Origin: Candidatus Nomurabacteria bacterium RIFCSPLOWO2_01_FULL_42_20 | GTDB lineage: Bacteria > Patescibacteriota > Minisyncoccia > Phycocordibacterales > CAZVEC01 | DNA length: 51,148 nt | NCBI GenBank assembly: GCA_001785965.1 | Contig: MFVF01000030.1 | Location: 1-51,148 of the forward strand | Direction: 5' to 3' | In this document: in pieces, positions 48,668 through 51,148 of the stretch | How the letters are laid out: the number at the start of each line of letters is the position of its first letter | Numbering within the stretch: the first letter of the stretch is position 1 | Program-made: the position numbers and the translations under genes | Notes under the pieces: generated by a model | What the model was told of the DNA's origin: nothing | The model's database searches: none | The model's input: only the letters and a program-made list of their open reading frames with translations

Positions 48668-51115
48668 ATGGCTAATAAAACAACAAAATCGCAGTTTCCG
48701 GTTATAGGTATGCATTGTGCCAGTTGCGCTTTGACGATCGAGCGGGCGCTCAAGAAAGTGCCGGGAGTGAAAGGCGCCAGCGTGAATTTCGCGACCGAAA
48801 AAGCGACTGTTGAATCCGAAGAGGAGATTGATTCAAAAGTTCTCAAAAAAGCCGTAGCAGATACTGGCTACAATCTTATCGTCCAATCAGACGGGGTTTC
48901 ATCAGAGGGAGTTCATACGGAACATAAAATGGAGGGAATGGAAGAGAAGCCGGCGGACATGCATGACCATCACCGGATGCTCAAAGAAGCGGAAATAAAA
49001 AAACTGCGGAATAAATTCGTAATCGGCGCCATATTGTCTGTCTTAGTTATCCTCTTAAGTTTCCCGGATTATTTCAAAGTTTTTAATCTTGAATCATTCT
49101 TGCCAACTTCCTGGCGTTTTATTCTGCTTTTTATTCTCACTCTGCCTGTTGAATTCTGGGTCGGCTACCAATTTTGGCGCGGAGCCTGGTTTGGGCTCAA
49201 GGGTTTCCGGGCAAATATGGATACGCTCGTCGCCTTAGGCACCGGCACCGCTTTCATATTCAGTACAATTGTTACGATTTTAGAAATCGTCGCGCCAGTC
49301 GACGGGCTTGATGTTTATTTTGACGTGGCGGCTGTTGTTACCACTCTCGTTATTTTAGGCAAATTCCTGGAAGCGCGGGCTAAAGGCGCCGCTTCGGAGG
49401 CGATTAAAAAACTTCTGCGCCTTCAGGCGAAAGTCGCTCATATTGTCCATGAGGGAGGCCACATAATGGATATTTCCGTTGAAGAAATAAAGGCCGGCGA
49501 CATTCTTTTGGTTAAGCCTGGAGAAAAAGTTCCGACCGACGGGCTCATTATAGAAGGGGAGTCGTCTCTGGACGAATCAATGGTTACCGGCGAGTCCATG
49601 CCGGTTGATAAAAAAGTTGGCAATGAAGTCATCGGCGCGACGATCAATAAGACCGGGGCTTTCAAAATGCGAGCGACTAAAGTTGGCAAGGACACTTTTC
49701 TTTCGCACATCATTAAACTCGTTGAAGAAGCCCAGGCTTCCAAGGCGCCGATTCAGAAATTGGCCGACCAAATCACCGGTTTTTTTGTGCCGATTGTTTT
49801 GGCTATTTCTATAATTTCATTTGTTATTTGGATTTTTGCCGGGCCGGAACCTTCTTTACGTTTTGCTTTGATCAACGCGGTGGCGGTGCTGGTTGTAGCC
49901 TGTCCTTGCGCACTTGGATTAGCTACCCCAACGGCCATCATGGTTGGCACGGGCAAAGCCGCCGAGAGGGGGATTATCATCCGCGACGCCGAGGCGCTTG
50001 AGCTGGCCGGCAAGATTGATACAGTCATTTTAGACAAAACGGGCACGCTGACCAAAGGGGAGCCAATTGTTACAGATATCAAAGCCGGGCTTCAGAAGTC
50101 AGACTTCAAGGGCAGCCCGAAGTCTGACTTCGGGGAGCCCGAAGCCCGGCTTTTGCAAATCGCCGGAAGCTTGGCCCGCCTTGATAATCATCCTCTTGAT
50201 ATCGCCGTGGCAAAAAAAGCAAGCAATGAAAAACTGCTTGAAGTGAAAAATTTCAAAAACACGCCCGGCAAAGGTATCAGTGGGGAAATTGGCGGAAAGA
50301 AATATTTTCTGGGCAATCAAAATTGGCTCTCTGAATTTAATATTTTAGTTACAGAAGAAAATAATAAAAAAGTAATAGAACTTGAACAAGGCGGCAAAAC
50401 AGTTATTTTTCTTTTTTCCCTCGGCTATAGCCTTACGGGCGAGGCCCAAGATGAAGTTTTAGGCCTAAACCAATCCAAAGAATTGGTCGGCCCTAGAGCG
50501 ACCACGCACGGGCTAGCTCGAACTTCGCACGGCGAAGTTTTAGGCCTGATTGCCTTGGCTGATGAAATAAAAGAATCGGCTTTGCTGGCCGTTCAAAAAC
50601 TCTCAAGTCTTGGTTTGGAAATTTGGCTTTTGACGGGGGACAATGAAAGAACGGCGCAAGCTGTGAGCCGTAAATTAGGCATAACGAATATTATGTCAAG
50701 AGTTATGCCGGAAAATAAATCAGAAAAGGTGAAAGAATTACAAGCAAAAGGAAAGAAAGTAGCCATGGTCGGCGACGGCATCAATGACGCGCCGGCGCTT
50801 ACGCAGGCCGATATCGGCATCGCCATCGGCACGGGAACCGATATTGCGATTGAAGCGGGGGATATTACGCTTATCTCCGGCGACCCGATGCACGTCTACG
50901 AAGCAATCAAATTAAGCCGGCAGACCTTGCGGAACATAAAACAAAACCTCTTTTGGGCTTACATATATAATATAGTTTTGATTCCAGTGGCAGGCGGCGT
51001 TCTTTGGCCGCTTTTCGGAATCTTGCTCAACCCGATCTTAGCCGGCGGAGCTATGGCCTTTAGCTCGGTTTCCGTGGTATTAAACTCATTACGTTTGAAA
51101 AGAGTAAAGTTATAA
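48668..51115 (+). CDS. copA: Copper-translocating P1B-type ATPase
   Basis: HMA domain [32 protein letters not shown]. Two extra in-frame segments are present. Confidence 0.95.
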   Translation: MANKTTKSQFPVIGMHCASCALTIERALKKVPGVKGASVNFATEKATVESEEEIDSKVLKKAVADTGYNLIVQSDGVSSEGVHTEHKMEGMEEKPADMHDHHRMLKEAEIKKLRNKFVIGAILSVLVILLSFPDYFKVFNLESFLPTSWRFILLFILTLPVEFWVGYQFWRGAWFGLKGFRANMDTLVALGTGTAFIFSTIVTILEIVAPVDGLDVYFDVAAVVTTLVILGKFLEARAKGAASEAIKKLLRLQAKVAHIVHEGGHIMDISVEEIKAGDILLVKPGEKVPTDGLIIEGESSLDESMVTGESMPVDKKVGNEVIGATINKTGAFKMRATKVGKDTFLSHIIKLVEEAQASKAPIQKLADQITGFFVPIVLAISIISFVIWIFAGPEPSLRFALINAVAVLVVACPCALGLATPTAIMVGTGKAAERGIIIRDAEALELAGKIDTVILDKTGTLTKGEPIVTDIKAGLQKSDFKGSPKSDFGEPEARLLQIAGSLARLDNHPLDIAVAKKASNEKLLEVKNFKNTPGKGISGEIGGKKYFLGNQNWLSEFNILVTEENNKKVIELEQGGKTVIFLFSLGYSLTGEAQDEVLGLNQSKELVGPRATTHGLARTSHGEVLGLIALADEIKESALLAVQKLSSLGLEIWLLTGDNERTAQAVSRKLGITNIMSRVMPENKSEKVKELQAKGKKVAMVGDGINDAPALTQADIGIAIGTGTDIAIEAGDITLISGDPMHVYEAIKLSRQTLRNIKQNLFWAYIYNIVLIPVAGGVLWPLFGILLNPILAGGAMAFSSVSVVLNSLRLKRVKL
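50084..50150 (+). repeat. Nested palindromic element in frame in copA (after DKTGT..VTDI)
   Basis: GCCGGGCTTC (50084-50093) pairs with GAAGCCCGGC (50141-50150). GAAGTCAGACTTC (50095-50107) pairs with GAAGTCTGACTTC (50119-50131). Confidence 0.75.
50453..50547 (+). repeat. In-frame 81-nt insertion in copA bounded by a 14-nt direct repeat
   Basis: GAAGTTTTAGGCCT occurs at 50453-50466 and again at 50534-50547, exactly 81 nt apart (27 codons). EVLGL is encoded twice. Confidence 0.7.
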
Positions 51116-51148
51116 TTGAAATACTTCTCGCCCCGTACTCAAAAATTT

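Overview
AT-rich bacterial segment of about 51 kb, coded almost entirely on the + strand, with short intergenic spacers. No rRNA, CRISPR array, transposase or integrase is visible. The mix of housekeeping genes (typA, rplI, rsmI, alr, msrB, ABC-F, S41 peptidase), many small membrane or DUF-type proteins, and composition suggest a small-genome Patescibacteria/CPR-like organism. That assignment is inference only, since no search was possible. TGA behaves as a stop codon. Main blocks: (1) a tRNA-Ile locus in which an intact tRNA-Ile(GAU) sits inside the anticodon-loop insert of a second, triply interrupted tRNA-Ile(GAU)-like gene. (2) A visibly GC-richer PurM-family gene next to it. (3) Housekeeping genes, several of which carry short GC-rich self-complementary insertions that stay in frame (rplI, typA, rsmI, copA twice, and the Pif1-like helicase). 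(4) A 1.1-kb repeat-rich non-coding stretch after rsmI holding two orphan rsmI-like 3' ends. (5) Two tandem Cys-rich zinc-ribbon paralogs of about 560 aa plus a 5' fragment of a third, bracketed by an identical 30-bp palindrome; the first copy has a frameshift. (6) An extracytoplasmic thiol-disulfide gene cluster. (7) A single 8.7-kb ORF resembling cyclic beta-1,2-glucan synthase (GT84 plus GH94), flanked by a cupin-type phosphoglucose isomerase and a HAD phosphatase. (8) A HepT/MntA toxin-antitoxin pair. (9) A CsoR-to-CopA copper and redox island with several uncharacterised small membrane or Cys-rich genes. All product calls rest on motifs read from the translations; no database search was run.
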